Shown here piece after piece: positions 34,916 to 42,499 of a DNA stretch of 60,897 nt (the stretch's first letter is position 1; each line of letters starts with the position of its first letter). The translations under genes were made by a program, and so were the position numbers. The notes under the pieces were generated by a model that was given only the letters and a program-made list of their open reading frames with translations, was not told the DNA's origin and did no database searches. Where the stretch lies: positions 7,488-68,384 of the forward strand of contig CAZNEH010000003.1 of assembly GCA_964572175.1 (NCBI GenBank). The letters are read 5' to 3'. Origin of the DNA: an uncultured Gammaproteobacteria bacterium. Its GTDB lineage: Bacteria; Patescibacteriota; Patescibacteriia; UBA9570; CAZNEH01.

Positions 34916-35545
34916 TTATCTTGAATAGAATTCAATGATTAAGTTTAAGGCAAATGGAGGTTGAATGATCTCGGTAGTTGGCCGAGCAGTAGCCTCGCAA
35001 GTTAATGTTTTCTTATCAACTTTTAGCCAAGATGGAATTTCTTTTTTTTCAATAGTTTTTAAAGTGTTAGCAAACTCTGGGCCAGCTAAGCTTTTTTCTC
35101 TAACTGTAATTTTTTCTCCAGGAACAATTTGGTAAGAAGGAATGTTTACTTTTTTACCATTTATTAAGAAATGACCATGAGAAACTAATTGACGAGCTTT
35201 AGCTCTAGATGTAGCTAAGCCAGCTCGGTAAATTACGTTGTCGAATCTCATTTCTAAGAATTGTAAAAGAGTTTCCGCAGTGTTATCAGATTTTTGAGTT
35301 GCTTTTTCGTAATAATTTCTAAATTGTTTTTCTAATAAGCCATAAGACTTTTTAGCTTTTTGCTTTTCTTTTAACTGAATTCCGTATTCAGTTAGTCTAG
35401 GATATCCTTTTTGAGCGTGTTGCCCAGGAGGAAAGTTACGTTTAACCATTGCGCACTTTGCAGAATCACAACGTTCGCCTTTAAGCATTAGTTTTTCACC
35501 AGCTCGACGACATAGTTTACATTTAGGTCCAATATATTTTGCCAT
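34916..35545 (-). CDS. rpsD: 30S ribosomal protein S4
   Basis: 209 aa with MAKYIGPKCKLCRRAGEKL and an S4 domain. Confidence 0.95.
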   Translation of the reverse strand: MAKYIGPKCKLCRRAGEKLMLKGERCDSAKCAMVKRNFPPGQHAQKGYPRLTEYGIQLKEKQKAKKSYGLLEKQFRNYYEKATQKSDNTAETLLQFLEMRFDNVIYRAGLATSRAKARQLVSHGHFLINGKKVNIPSYQIVPGEKITVREKSLAGPEFANTLKTIEKKEIPSWLKVDKKTLTCEATARPTTEIIQPPFALNLIIEFYSR

Positions 35546-35548
35546 ATT

Positions 35549-35950
35549 TTATACTCTTCTAGGTTTTTTAGGTCGACAACCATTATGAGGAATAGGAGTC
35601 ATGTCTTTGATTGAAGTGATATTAAAACCAGCGGCGTTTAATGCGCGTAAGGCGCCGTCACGTCCGCTGCCAATTCCTTTGATGAAAACATTGATGTCTT
35701 TTAAGCCCATATCTTTTACTTTGTCTGCAGCATGTTTAGCAATTACACCAGCTGCGTATGGGGTTGCTTTTTTTGGTCCTTTAAATCCGCATTGTCCAGC
35801 TGAAGAAGTAGCTAAAGGATTACCATTTTGGTCTGTAAAGGTAAGAATGGTGTTGTTGTAGGTTGCTTTAATATAAGCATTACCACGAGTGATTTGCTTC
35901 TTGGCTTTCTTTTTTGGTTTAGCGATTGTTTTATTGGGTTTTTCTGTCAT
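35549..35950 (-). CDS. rpsK: 30S ribosomal protein S11
   Basis: 133 aa ending in PIPHNGCRPKKPRRV. Confidence 0.95.
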   Translation of the reverse strand: MTEKPNKTIAKPKKKAKKQITRGNAYIKATYNNTILTFTDQNGNPLATSSAGQCGFKGPKKATPYAAGVIAKHAADKVKDMGLKDINVFIKGIGSGRDGALRALNAAGFNITSIKDMTPIPHNGCRPKKPRRV

Positions 35951-35962
35951 ATATTATTTATA

Positions 35963-36355
35963 TTAAGTCTTTTGAGCGGCGGCTTTACGACCAGAGCCAA
36001 CAGTTTTACGGGTATTACCTCGGATAGTACGAGTATTGGTCTTAGTTCTTTGACCACGAGCAGGAAGGCCTTTAGCATGGCGAGAGCCACGGTAAGAACC
36101 AGTTTCTTTAAGCCGTTTAATATTAGATAAAACTTCACGTTTTAATTCACCTTCGATACGATGACCTTTTTCGATGTGGTTTCTAAGAGTGTTAACTTGT
36201 TCAGAAGTTAAGTCTTTAGTTCTGGTATTAGGGTCAATTTTAGTCTCCTTTAAAACTTTTTTTGAAGTAGTTAAGCCAATACCATAAATGTAGGTTAATG
36301 CTACTTCAATTCTTTTTTCGTTTGGGAGGGTTACTCCTGATATTCTTGCTGCCAT
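35963..36355 (-). CDS. rpsM: 30S ribosomal protein S13
   Basis: 130 aa with [27 protein letters not shown]. Confidence 0.95.
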   Translation of the reverse strand: MAARISGVTLPNEKRIEVALTYIYGIGLTTSKKVLKETKIDPNTRTKDLTSEQVNTLRNHIEKGHRIEGELKREVLSNIKRLKETGSYRGSRHAKGLPARGQRTKTNTRTIRGNTRKTVGSGRKAAAQKT

Positions 36356-36360
36356 AATTT

Positions 36361-36474
36361 TTATCCTTGACGTTGTTTATGTTTAGGGTTTTTACAAATT
36401 ACGTAAACTCGACCTTTGCGACGGATTACTTTGCAATCCTTACAAATTTTTTTTACTGATGTTCGTACTTTCAT
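36361..36474 (-). CDS. rpmJ: 50S ribosomal protein L36 (below track cutoff)
   Basis: Own translation: [37 protein letters not shown] (37 aa). It lies in the canonical slot between infA and rpsM. Confidence 0.9.
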   Translation of the reverse strand: MKVRTSVKKICKDCKVIRRKGRVYVICKNPKHKQRQG

Positions 36475-36526
36475 AAATAAATATATATCCTTTTATCTTC
36501 CCTCGTCGGGAGACTCGGGGTATTAG

Positions 36527-36745
36527 TTAGTTTCTATAGGTTATGCGGCCCTTTGTTAAATCGTAAGGTGACATTTCTACGGTTACTTTGTCTCCGGTTA
36601 AGATGCGGATTTTGTACATACGCATTTTACCAGATAAATGGGCGGTGATAATGTGACCGTTTTCTAATTTAATTTTAAACGTAGTATTAGGAAGTAAATC
36701 CTCTACTACTCCGGTCATTTCGATGAAATCTTTTTTTGCTGACAT
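36527..36745 (-). CDS. infA: translation initiation factor IF-1
   Basis: 72 aa with an S1-like fold sequence ([24 protein letters not shown]...). Confidence 0.95.
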   Translation of the reverse strand: MSAKKDFIEMTGVVEDLLPNTTFKIKLENGHIITAHLSGKMRMYKIRILTGDKVTVEMSPYDLTKGRITYRN

Positions 36746-36824
36746 TAAAATATTATCTGACCCAGTTAAAGGCCAGAATTTCTCCTTAATTAGCTTATTT
36801 TTTCAAGGACTAGTCTAAATCTTG

Positions 36825-36872
36825 TTGACATCAGTTATGCGATTATTATAACAGGATTTATATTTATGTCAA
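36825..36872. promoter_or_regulatory. face-to-face overlapping promoter pair sharing one -10 region
   Basis: Minus strand: TTGACA (36867-36872), 16 nt, TATAAT (36845-36850), driving infA-rpmJ-rpsM and downstream genes. Plus strand: TTGACA (36825-36830), 16 nt, TATAAC (36847-36852), pointing at cassette 4. Confidence 0.45.
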
Positions 36873-36918
36873 ATGTTTTAGGGTATAAATGTGGAAAACC
36901 CCTAAAATTAGGTAAATA

Positions 36919-36945
36919 TTGACAATAAAGGATAATTGTTATAAA
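36919..36945 (+). promoter_or_regulatory. promoter of GC-rich cassette 4
   Basis: TTGACA (36919-36924). The -10 is TATAAA (36940-36945) at only 15 nt, so the -10 register is uncertain. Confidence 0.45.
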
Positions 36946-36987
36946 AATAAAGGGCCTATATACATGCGCAGTGCGCGGGAGGGTGTG

Positions 36988-37236
36988 ATGACTGTCAGCG
37001 GAAAAAAGCCTAGCCCCAAGGACCTGATGGTGGCGATTCTGGTGATTCTGACCATGGTCCTGGTGGTCGGCATCCACAATCTGGGGAAGCAGCTCGAAGA
37101 GGCTCAGCAGGGCCTGGAGACGGCTCGAGCGAAGCACGCGGCCTGCGAGATGGAGGTGATGATGATCAGTGATATGCTCACTGACACCGAAGTCGCCTGG
37201 GCAGACTACACCGAAGAAGTGGTCTATGGTGAGTAG
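36988..37236 (+). CDS. GC-rich cassette: 82-aa single-pass membrane protein with a helical acidic tail
   Basis: Start chosen at ATG 36988 (MTVSGKKPSPKDLMVAILVILTMVLVVGI...), 4 nt after GGGAGGG. An in-frame ATG at 36964 is the alternative. The rest of the longer track ORF (from 36919) overlaps the promoter. Confidence 0.6.
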   Translation: MTVSGKKPSPKDLMVAILVILTMVLVVGIHNLGKQLEEAQQGLETARAKHAACEMEVMMISDMLTDTEVAWADYTEEVVYGE

Positions 37237-37256
37237 CCTCTGTTCGTGGGGGCAGA

Positions 37257-37303
37257 CCCTGTTTAGCGAGTTCCTTTGGGAGTTTGCGAGGCAGGGCTTT
37301 TTT
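37257..37303 (+). terminator. terminator of cassette 4
   Basis: CCCTGTTTAGC...GCGAGGCAGGG stem (10 of 11 positions pair, including two G-U) followed by CTTTTTT. Confidence 0.5.
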
Positions 37304-37311
37304 ATTCCTTA

Positions 37312-39066
37312 TTATTCTAAGATGGCTTTAATTCTACGAACGCCTTGAGAAGAAGACTGTTCTTTTTTTATTTTGAAGTGGCCGAGTTGGCTGGTTGATT
37401 CTACATGAGGACCGCCGCAGACTTCTTTAGAAAAGTCTCCGACAGTGTAAACTTTTACTTTTTCAGCGTATTTGTCTCCGAAAAAGGCTAAAGCGCCTTC
37501 GGTTTTAGCTTCTTCTAAGCTTTTTTCTTCACAGTTTATAGCAAGATCTTTTTTAATTTGTTGGTTGACTAAGTCTTCGACTTGTTGTTTTTGGTCGTCA
37601 GTAAGCTTGTCTGGGTGGGTAAAGTCGAATCTTAAACGTTCAGCATTAATATTAGAACCTTTTTGTTCAACATGATCACCCAAGACTTGGCGTAAGGCTT
37701 GGTGTAGTAAATGAGTAGTAGTATGGTATTTTTTGCTCATTTGCGAGTCGTCGCCCAGACCGCCTTTGAATTTGCCAGCAGAGGCAGTTCGAGATTTGTC
37801 TTGATGTTCTTTTAATTTAGCTTCAAAGCCTTCAACATCTACTTTAATCCCCTTTTTCTTAGCTTCTTCAACAGTCATTTCTATTGGAAAGCCATAGCTT
37901 TGATATAAATCAAAAGCAGTTTGAGCAGAGATTTTTTCTGGGCGAACAGAGATAGATTGTTCGAGTTTACTTAGTCCTTTGTTTAAAGTGTTGCGGAATT
38001 TTTTTTCTTCTTTTTTAAGTTCTAGTAAAATAGCGTCTTTGTTTTTGTCTAGCTCAGAGTATTCTATAGAATATTCGTTGATTACTACCTCAGCGATTTG
38101 TTTAGTAAAATTTTCTTCTATTTTTAGAGTGTGGCCATGGCGAATAGCGCGACGGATAAGGCGGCGCAAAATATAACCTTGGTCTACATTGGAAGGAGTG
38201 ATGCCTTCGGCTAATAAGAAAGTAGCGGCTCTTAAGTGATCAGCAATAATTCTAAAAGATTTTTCTTCTTTTTGGTCAGTTAAATTTTTAATGGCTTCGA
38301 TGATGTGTTCGAATTGATCAGTATCAAAGACATTTGATTTTTTTTGTAAAATAGCGGCCACGCGTTCAAGGCCCATGCCAGTGTCGACGTTTTTATTTTT
38401 TAAAGGAATAAATTGGCCATCTTTGGTTTTTTCGAATTCCATGAAGACATTGTTCCAGATTTCAGAGTATTTACCGCAATCACAAGAAGGGTCACAGTCT
38501 GGGCCGCAAGGTTCTTTGCCGGTGTCGTAGAAAATTTCTGTGTCTGGGCCGCAGGGTCCGGTAGCGCCAACAGGTCCCCACCAGTTTTCTTCTTTGCCAA
38601 ATTTATAAAGGTGTTTTTCGGAAACTCCTTGTTTGCGCCAAAGTTTTTTAGTTTCTTCGTCTTCTTCGTAATAAGTAATGTGGATTTTTTTAGGGTCGAT
38701 GTTGAGCCACTTGTCTGAGGTTAAGAATTCCCAAGACCATTTAATGGATTGCTCTTTAAAGTAATCGCCTAAAGACCAGTTGCCAAGCATTTGGAAAAAA
38801 GTTAAGTGCCAGTTGTCACCTACTTCGTCGATATCGTTGGTGCGAATACAAAGTTGGCAATTAGCTAAGCGTTTTCCACTGGGATGGGACTCACCCATTA
38901 AGTATGGGATTAGGGGTTGCATTCCAGCAGTGATGAATAAGGCAGTAGGATCGTTTTCTGGAAGTAAAGAAGCGCTAGGAATGATAGCGTGTTTTTTTTC
39001 TTTAAAAAATTCTAAGTACTTGGCTTTAAGTTGTCTTGCGGTCATAGGTTTTAATAATACCTCCAC
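37312..39066 (-). CDS. alaS: alanine--tRNA ligase, short form without a C-Ala domain
   Basis: 584 aa with a catalytic core (FITAGMQP, WNNVFMEF) and an editing-domain metal ligands (HTTTHLLHQA, CGGPHV). It ends right after the editing domain. Confidence 0.9.
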   Translation of the reverse strand: MEVLLKPMTARQLKAKYLEFFKEKKHAIIPSASLLPENDPTALFITAGMQPLIPYLMGESHPSGKRLANCQLCIRTNDIDEVGDNWHLTFFQMLGNWSLGDYFKEQSIKWSWEFLTSDKWLNIDPKKIHITYYEEDEETKKLWRKQGVSEKHLYKFGKEENWWGPVGATGPCGPDTEIFYDTGKEPCGPDCDPSCDCGKYSEIWNNVFMEFEKTKDGQFIPLKNKNVDTGMGLERVAAILQKKSNVFDTDQFEHIIEAIKNLTDQKEEKSFRIIADHLRAATFLLAEGITPSNVDQGYILRRLIRRAIRHGHTLKIEENFTKQIAEVVINEYSIEYSELDKNKDAILLELKKEEKKFRNTLNKGLSKLEQSISVRPEKISAQTAFDLYQSYGFPIEMTVEEAKKKGIKVDVEGFEAKLKEHQDKSRTASAGKFKGGLGDDSQMSKKYHTTTHLLHQALRQVLGDHVEQKGSNINAERLRFDFTHPDKLTDDQKQQVEDLVNQQIKKDLAINCEEKSLEEAKTEGALAFFGDKYAEKVKVYTVGDFSKEVCGGPHVESTSQLGHFKIKKEQSSSQGVRRIKAILE

Positions 39067-40066
39067 CCAGGAGTTGTTTACCTTTGTAAAAAACAGCAGA
39101 TTGGCCTGGAGTTGGGGCGGTAACTGGTTTTAATAATGTAACTTTGTTTTTGTCTAAAATACAAGGGGTATCGGGATAGTGATACCGGATTTGTACTTTA
39201 CATTTTACTGGAAATTTAAGGTTTTGTCTATTGATCCAGTTAGTCTCGGTTAAGGTTAGCTCATCTTGTAATAAGTCTTTTTTATTATTACTTACTAATA
39301 ATATATTTTTTTTAAAGTCTTGCTTAACCACAAACCATGGCCCTGATCCGCCAATAGGAGTTCGTTGGCCAATAGTATATAAAGGAACTCCTTCATGCTC
39401 CCCTATTTTTTCTTTACTATTTATATCAATAATATCTCCTGATTTAACAGAGAGGTGTTTTTTTAAGAAGTTATTATATTGTTTGTCTGGAATAAAACAA
39501 ATATCTTGAGATTCGCTTTTAGTAGTAACAGGTAGCTTTAATTTTTTAGCTATTTTTCTGACTTGGGGCTTAGTGTAATCTCCTAAAGGAAAGATTAAAT
39601 TTTCTAGTTGGGATTCTTTCAGGTTGTATAAGAAATAGCTTTGGTCTTTGGTTTTGTCCTTGGCTTTGTATAATTTATTGTTTTTGAGCTTGATATAATG
39701 GCCAGTAGCTAAATATTCGGCGCCTAAAGATTTTGCTTTTTTTAATAAGGTGTCGAATTTGATGAATTTATTACATTGAACGCAAGGGTTTGGGGTCAGC
39801 CCTTTCTTGTAGTCGCTAATAAAACGATCGACAACGTGTTCTTTAAAAGGTTGGTCGAAGTTTACGGTGTATAAGGGAAAATCTAAGAACTGGGCGATTT
39901 TGCGGGCGTCTTGCTGGGATTCTAGGGAGCAGCAACGATTAGAGTCGCTCCAAAAGTGCATAAAAAGACCGATTACTTTGTAACCTTGTTTTTGTAATAA
40001 GGCCGCGCTGACGGAAGAGTCTATTCCTCCGCTCATAGCGACAGCTACGGTTTTTTGTTTAGGCAT
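39026..40066 (-). CDS. mnmA: tRNA-specific 2-thiouridylase MnmA
   Basis: 346 aa with a PP-loop (VAMSGGIDSS) and the conserved cysteine context (NPCVQCN). Confidence 0.95.
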   Translation of the reverse strand: MPKQKTVAVAMSGGIDSSVSAALLQKQGYKVIGLFMHFWSDSNRCCSLESQQDARKIAQFLDFPLYTVNFDQPFKEHVVDRFISDYKKGLTPNPCVQCNKFIKFDTLLKKAKSLGAEYLATGHYIKLKNNKLYKAKDKTKDQSYFLYNLKESQLENLIFPLGDYTKPQVRKIAKKLKLPVTTKSESQDICFIPDKQYNNFLKKHLSVKSGDIIDINSKEKIGEHEGVPLYTIGQRTPIGGSGPWFVVKQDFKKNILLVSNNKKDLLQDELTLTETNWINRQNLKFPVKCKVQIRYHYPDTPCILDKNKVTLLKPVTAPTPGQSAVFYKGKQLLGGGIIKTYDRKTT

Positions 40067-40072
40067 AGATAT

Positions 40073-40081
40073 ATTATAGCA
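40073..40081 (-). promoter_or_regulatory. extended -10 promoter, leaderless, for mnmA-alaS
   Basis: Minus strand TGCTATAAT. The ATG at 40066 is 6 nt after the -10. There is no -35 match because the position falls in the cassette terminator. Confidence 0.5.
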
Positions 40082-40117
40082 AAAAAATCACCCGCCGTCG
40101 CATAAAGCTATGGCGGG
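40081..40117 (-). terminator. terminator of cassette 5a
   Basis: Minus strand CCCGCC...GGCGGG hairpin followed by TGATTTTTTT. Confidence 0.6.
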
Positions 40118-40128
40118 CAAGCCCGCGG

Positions 40129-40401
40129 TCACTCGAGAGTGACGCACGGGATGGATTTGGGCCGGAGGATGTTGGTCCAGACCTGGCCGGAGCCCTGCTG
40201 GAAGTGGACGATGATGTTGGCGGCCATGGTGGTGGCATCGATGGCCCTGATCTGGGTGCGGTTGAGGTCGAGTTGGGCCAGGACCAGGTCGATGATTTCG
40301 GCGTCGGTGAGGCTGTTGCGGTCCTGGACGACCAGATAGGCTCGGGAGATGTGAGTGGCACTGTAGGAAATGAGAAGAGCGGTGTTGTGAGTTGCGGACA
40401 T
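40129..40401 (-). CDS. GC-rich cassette: 90-aa protein, unknown function
   Basis: MSATHNTALLISYSATHISRAYLVVQDRNSLTDAEIIDLVLAQLDL... AAAGGAGG lies 5 nt before ATG 40401. This frame is chosen over the two overlapping minus-strand ORFs because of the SD. Confidence 0.6.
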   Translation of the reverse strand: MSATHNTALLISYSATHISRAYLVVQDRNSLTDAEIIDLVLAQLDLNRTQIRAIDATTMAANIIVHFQQGSGQVWTNILRPKSIPCVTLE

Positions 40402-40422
40402 GGAGACCTCCTTTGTGGACCA

Positions 40423-40473
40423 ACCTTAGTAAGGAGGGTATAGGTTGTCAAATGATTTTAACTAAGGTAAGGT
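40423..40473. promoter_or_regulatory. back-to-back divergent promoters sharing the -35 (TTGTCAA)
   Basis: Minus strand: TTGACA (40446-40451), 17 nt, TAAGGT (40423-40428). Plus strand: TTGTCA (40445-40450), 17 nt, TAAGGT (40468-40473). Confidence 0.55.
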
Positions 40474-40502
40474 AAATATGAACAAATGATGAGGAGGGTC
40501 TC

Positions 40503-40706
40503 ATGGCCAAGAGAAAAGTTATCGTACAAAAAGATCGCCACTGCCATACTAGCGGTTGTGAGTGGGTCGACTACGAGGACTGCGGCATGAGGTGTCAGCA
40601 GAGTCGCCTGGCCAGGGATTACTTCAATCGTGATCGAGGAATGGAGGGTTGCCGGGCTACTGGCGGTGGTCACATCCGGCTTCCGTCAGGCGCGGCCAAG
40701 TATTGA
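40503..40706 (+). CDS. GC-rich cassette: 67-aa Cys/His-rich basic protein (possible zinc-binding)
   Basis: MAKRKVIVQKDRHCHTSGCEWVDYEDCGMRCQQSRLARDYF... GAGGAGG lies 5 nt before the ATG. It is followed by a terminator. Confidence 0.6.
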   Translation: MAKRKVIVQKDRHCHTSGCEWVDYEDCGMRCQQSRLARDYFNRDRGMEGCRATGGGHIRLPSGAAKY

Positions 40707-40721
40707 GAGGGCTGACGTGTT

Positions 40722-40758
40722 CGAAGGGGTTCCCCAAGGGGCACCCCGTATTTTTTTT
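40722..40758 (+). terminator. terminator of cassette 5b
   Basis: GGGGT...ACCCC GC hairpin followed by GTATTTTTTTT. Confidence 0.55.
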
Positions 40759-40763
40759 ATTTA

Positions 40764-40896
40764 AAAAAGACCCACCGGTGTTCCGAACTGGTCGGAACTG
40801 GGTGGGCGGACCTGTAGGTCACTCGATGGGTCGTACCCAGTAGAGCTGGGTGTGGACTTCTACCGTGGGGTGTCTCCGTGGGCGGTTTGTGATTCT
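40764..40896 (-). ncRNA. candidate ~130-nt small RNA (cassette 5c), no ORF; the 5' end is estimated
   Basis: It has its own promoter (40903-40932) and a strong terminator (minus strand CCCACCCAGTTCCGACCAGTTCGGAACACCGGTGGG plus T6). There is no ATG/SD-led ORF. It contains CGGAGACACC, the same 10-mer that precedes the ATG of cassette 2. Confidence 0.45.
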
Positions 40897-40902
40897 AAGC
40901 CA

Positions 40903-40932
40903 ACCTTAGCAAATAGAGGCATGGTTTGTCAA
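40903..40932 (-). promoter_or_regulatory. promoter of cassette 5c
   Basis: Minus strand TTGACA (40927-40932), 18 nt, TAAGGT (40903-40908). It abuts a plus-strand extended -10 (TGTTATAAT, 40933-41) for 41007-41318. Confidence 0.55.
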
Positions 40933-41006
40933 TGTTATAATTTTAGGATATAATAAGATAGAAAATAGTTTAGGACTTCCCTAATTAAAAATTAAAGTCT
41001 ATAACT

Positions 41007-41318
41007 ATGACTAAAAAACAGCAAAAAACTAAAAAGGTAACCACTGATCAAAAAGTTGATCAGGTCTTGGGAATTGTTAAAAAATCAGCTAAAAGACAAG
41101 AAGAATTAGCGGAAAATCAAGAATTAATTTTAAAGACAATGAATGAATTCTCCTCTAGAATAGAGGAAAAGATAGATAATATTGATATTAAAGTAGATAA
41201 AGTAGAAGATTCTTTAAAGAAAGGAATGAAAGGAATGGAAAATAGAATGGTTAATAAAGACTACTTAGATAGAAAGTTTGCCGCAGCTGGAATTAAAACA
41301 TCAACAATTCCGGTTTAA
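41007..41318 (+). CDS. small Lys/Glu-rich coiled-coil protein
   Basis: 103 aa with IEEKIDNIDIKVDKVEDSLKK repeats. It loosely resembles 19868-20218. Confidence 0.55.
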   Translation: MTKKQQKTKKVTTDQKVDQVLGIVKKSAKRQEELAENQELILKTMNEFSSRIEEKIDNIDIKVDKVEDSLKKGMKGMENRMVNKDYLDRKFAAAGIKTSTIPV

Positions 41319-42015
41319 AGATAAATAAGAAACCTAAAATTATCATAAGTACTCCACCGATAAGACCGGTGTAGTAAGAAATTTTTTCGTTTAAGTGAAC
41401 CATCTTCATAGCAGAAACAGCGATAATAAAAACAATGAAGTCGTCTAGCATAAAGAAGAAGATGTATCCAAGAATATATAAGTAATATTGCCAGGTAGGA
41501 ATTTCAGCCACAGTTAAAGCAGCTGTATAGATAGCTGGAAAACCAGCAGAGCATAACAATTCGATTAAGTTAACGCTAAAAGCTAAAAAGATAACTCCCA
41601 ATACAGAGGCGGGTAAAGTTCGCGGATTAGCGAACTCTTTTATTTTTTCAATAGTTTTAAAGCGAGATTTAGTGCCAGTGACTTTGCATTGGCCTTTGTA
41701 CTTGATGGCATCACGAGTATTGTAAATTCCAAATCCAATAGCTAGAGCCCCAATGATCCAGCGAGCAACTTCAATATAGCTTAAGAATAAAAAGGCATTG
41801 AGCCAAGCGGCCATGAATAAATAATAAACAATTCCAGAAACAATAATAAAAGTTCCGCCGATCCACCAGATTTTTTTGCGATCTTTAGTATTAAGTAAAA
41901 GAGTTAGTAAAAAAACCAAGACCCACATGGCGCAAGGATTAAAGCCATCGAGGATTCCTAAAACAACAGTTAAGGCTGGTAAGGATAAATTAAGATTTAG
42001 TAGTTGATCGACCAT
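41293..42015 (-). CDS. CcdA/DsbD-like thiol-disulfide transfer membrane protein
   Basis: 240 aa, about 6 TM, with LDGFNPCAMWVL in TM1. It is coupled to the upstream thioredoxin-fold gene. Confidence 0.5.
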   Translation of the reverse strand: MVDQLLNLNLSLPALTVVLGILDGFNPCAMWVLVFLLTLLLNTKDRKKIWWIGGTFIIVSGIVYYLFMAAWLNAFLFLSYIEVARWIIGALAIGFGIYNTRDAIKYKGQCKVTGTKSRFKTIEKIKEFANPRTLPASVLGVIFLAFSVNLIELLCSAGFPAIYTAALTVAEIPTWQYYLYILGYIFFFMLDDFIVFIIAVSAMKMVHLNEKISYYTGLIGGVLMIILGFLFIFKPELLMF

Positions 42016-42490
42016 TAAATAAGAAAATAATTACTAAAAATGTAGCAATGATTGCGACAGCTACTAAAATATACATTGCTTTTTGTTGCTGCGGGTCGGT
42101 ATATTCATGAGCGGCTATTTTTTCACTTGGTGATTCGCATTCGCTAACAGAACATATTTCTATTTGAGATTCTATTTCATTAATAGTAGAGCTAGCGCTT
42201 CCAGACAAGGCTTTGTCGTTGATTAAAACTACGGGAACGCCGTTGATATTTTTTTCGTAGATATCTGAAAGCTGAAGAAAGATTTTATTCCCCTCTTCTT
42301 CAGTGACATTGTATTCAGTGATATCGAGTTGAGGATATGTTTCTTTAAAGGTGTTTAACTCAGCTTCTACCTCGTGGCAATGCGGACAAGTAGGGCTATA
42401 GAAAAATAATAGCTCTACAGGATTTTCTTGAGCAAAAACAGGAAACGCAAAAAACGTTAATAATAAAACAAGTAAATATTTTTTAAACAT
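41990..42490 (-). CDS. secreted thioredoxin-fold thiol:disulfide oxidoreductase
   Basis: 166 aa with a signal peptide, a CPHC active site (FYSPTCPHCHEV) and a C-terminal TM. Confidence 0.7.
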   Translation of the reverse strand: MFKKYLLVLLLTFFAFPVFAQENPVELLFFYSPTCPHCHEVEAELNTFKETYPQLDITEYNVTEEEGNKIFLQLSDIYEKNINGVPVVLINDKALSGSASSTINEIESQIEICSVSECESPSEKIAAHEYTDPQQQKAMYILVAVAIIATFLVIIFLFNGRSTTKS

Positions 42491-42499
42491 GATATAAAA

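Noticed and set aside
36835-37137. A 100-aa minus-strand ORF antisense to cassette 4.
   Set aside because: It has no promoter or SD, and it starts inside the GC-rich cassette and runs out through the cassette's promoter region. The plus-strand ORF has GGGAGG, a promoter and a terminator.
40074-40843. Alternative ORFs in patch 5: 40074-40451, 40088-40423, 40139-40339, 40204-40443, 40458-40673 and 40649-40843.
   Set aside because: Only 40129-40401 (minus) and 40503-40706 (plus) start 5 nt after an AGGAGG-class SD. The others are Pro/Arg/Ser-rich off-frames, or they run through promoters and terminators.
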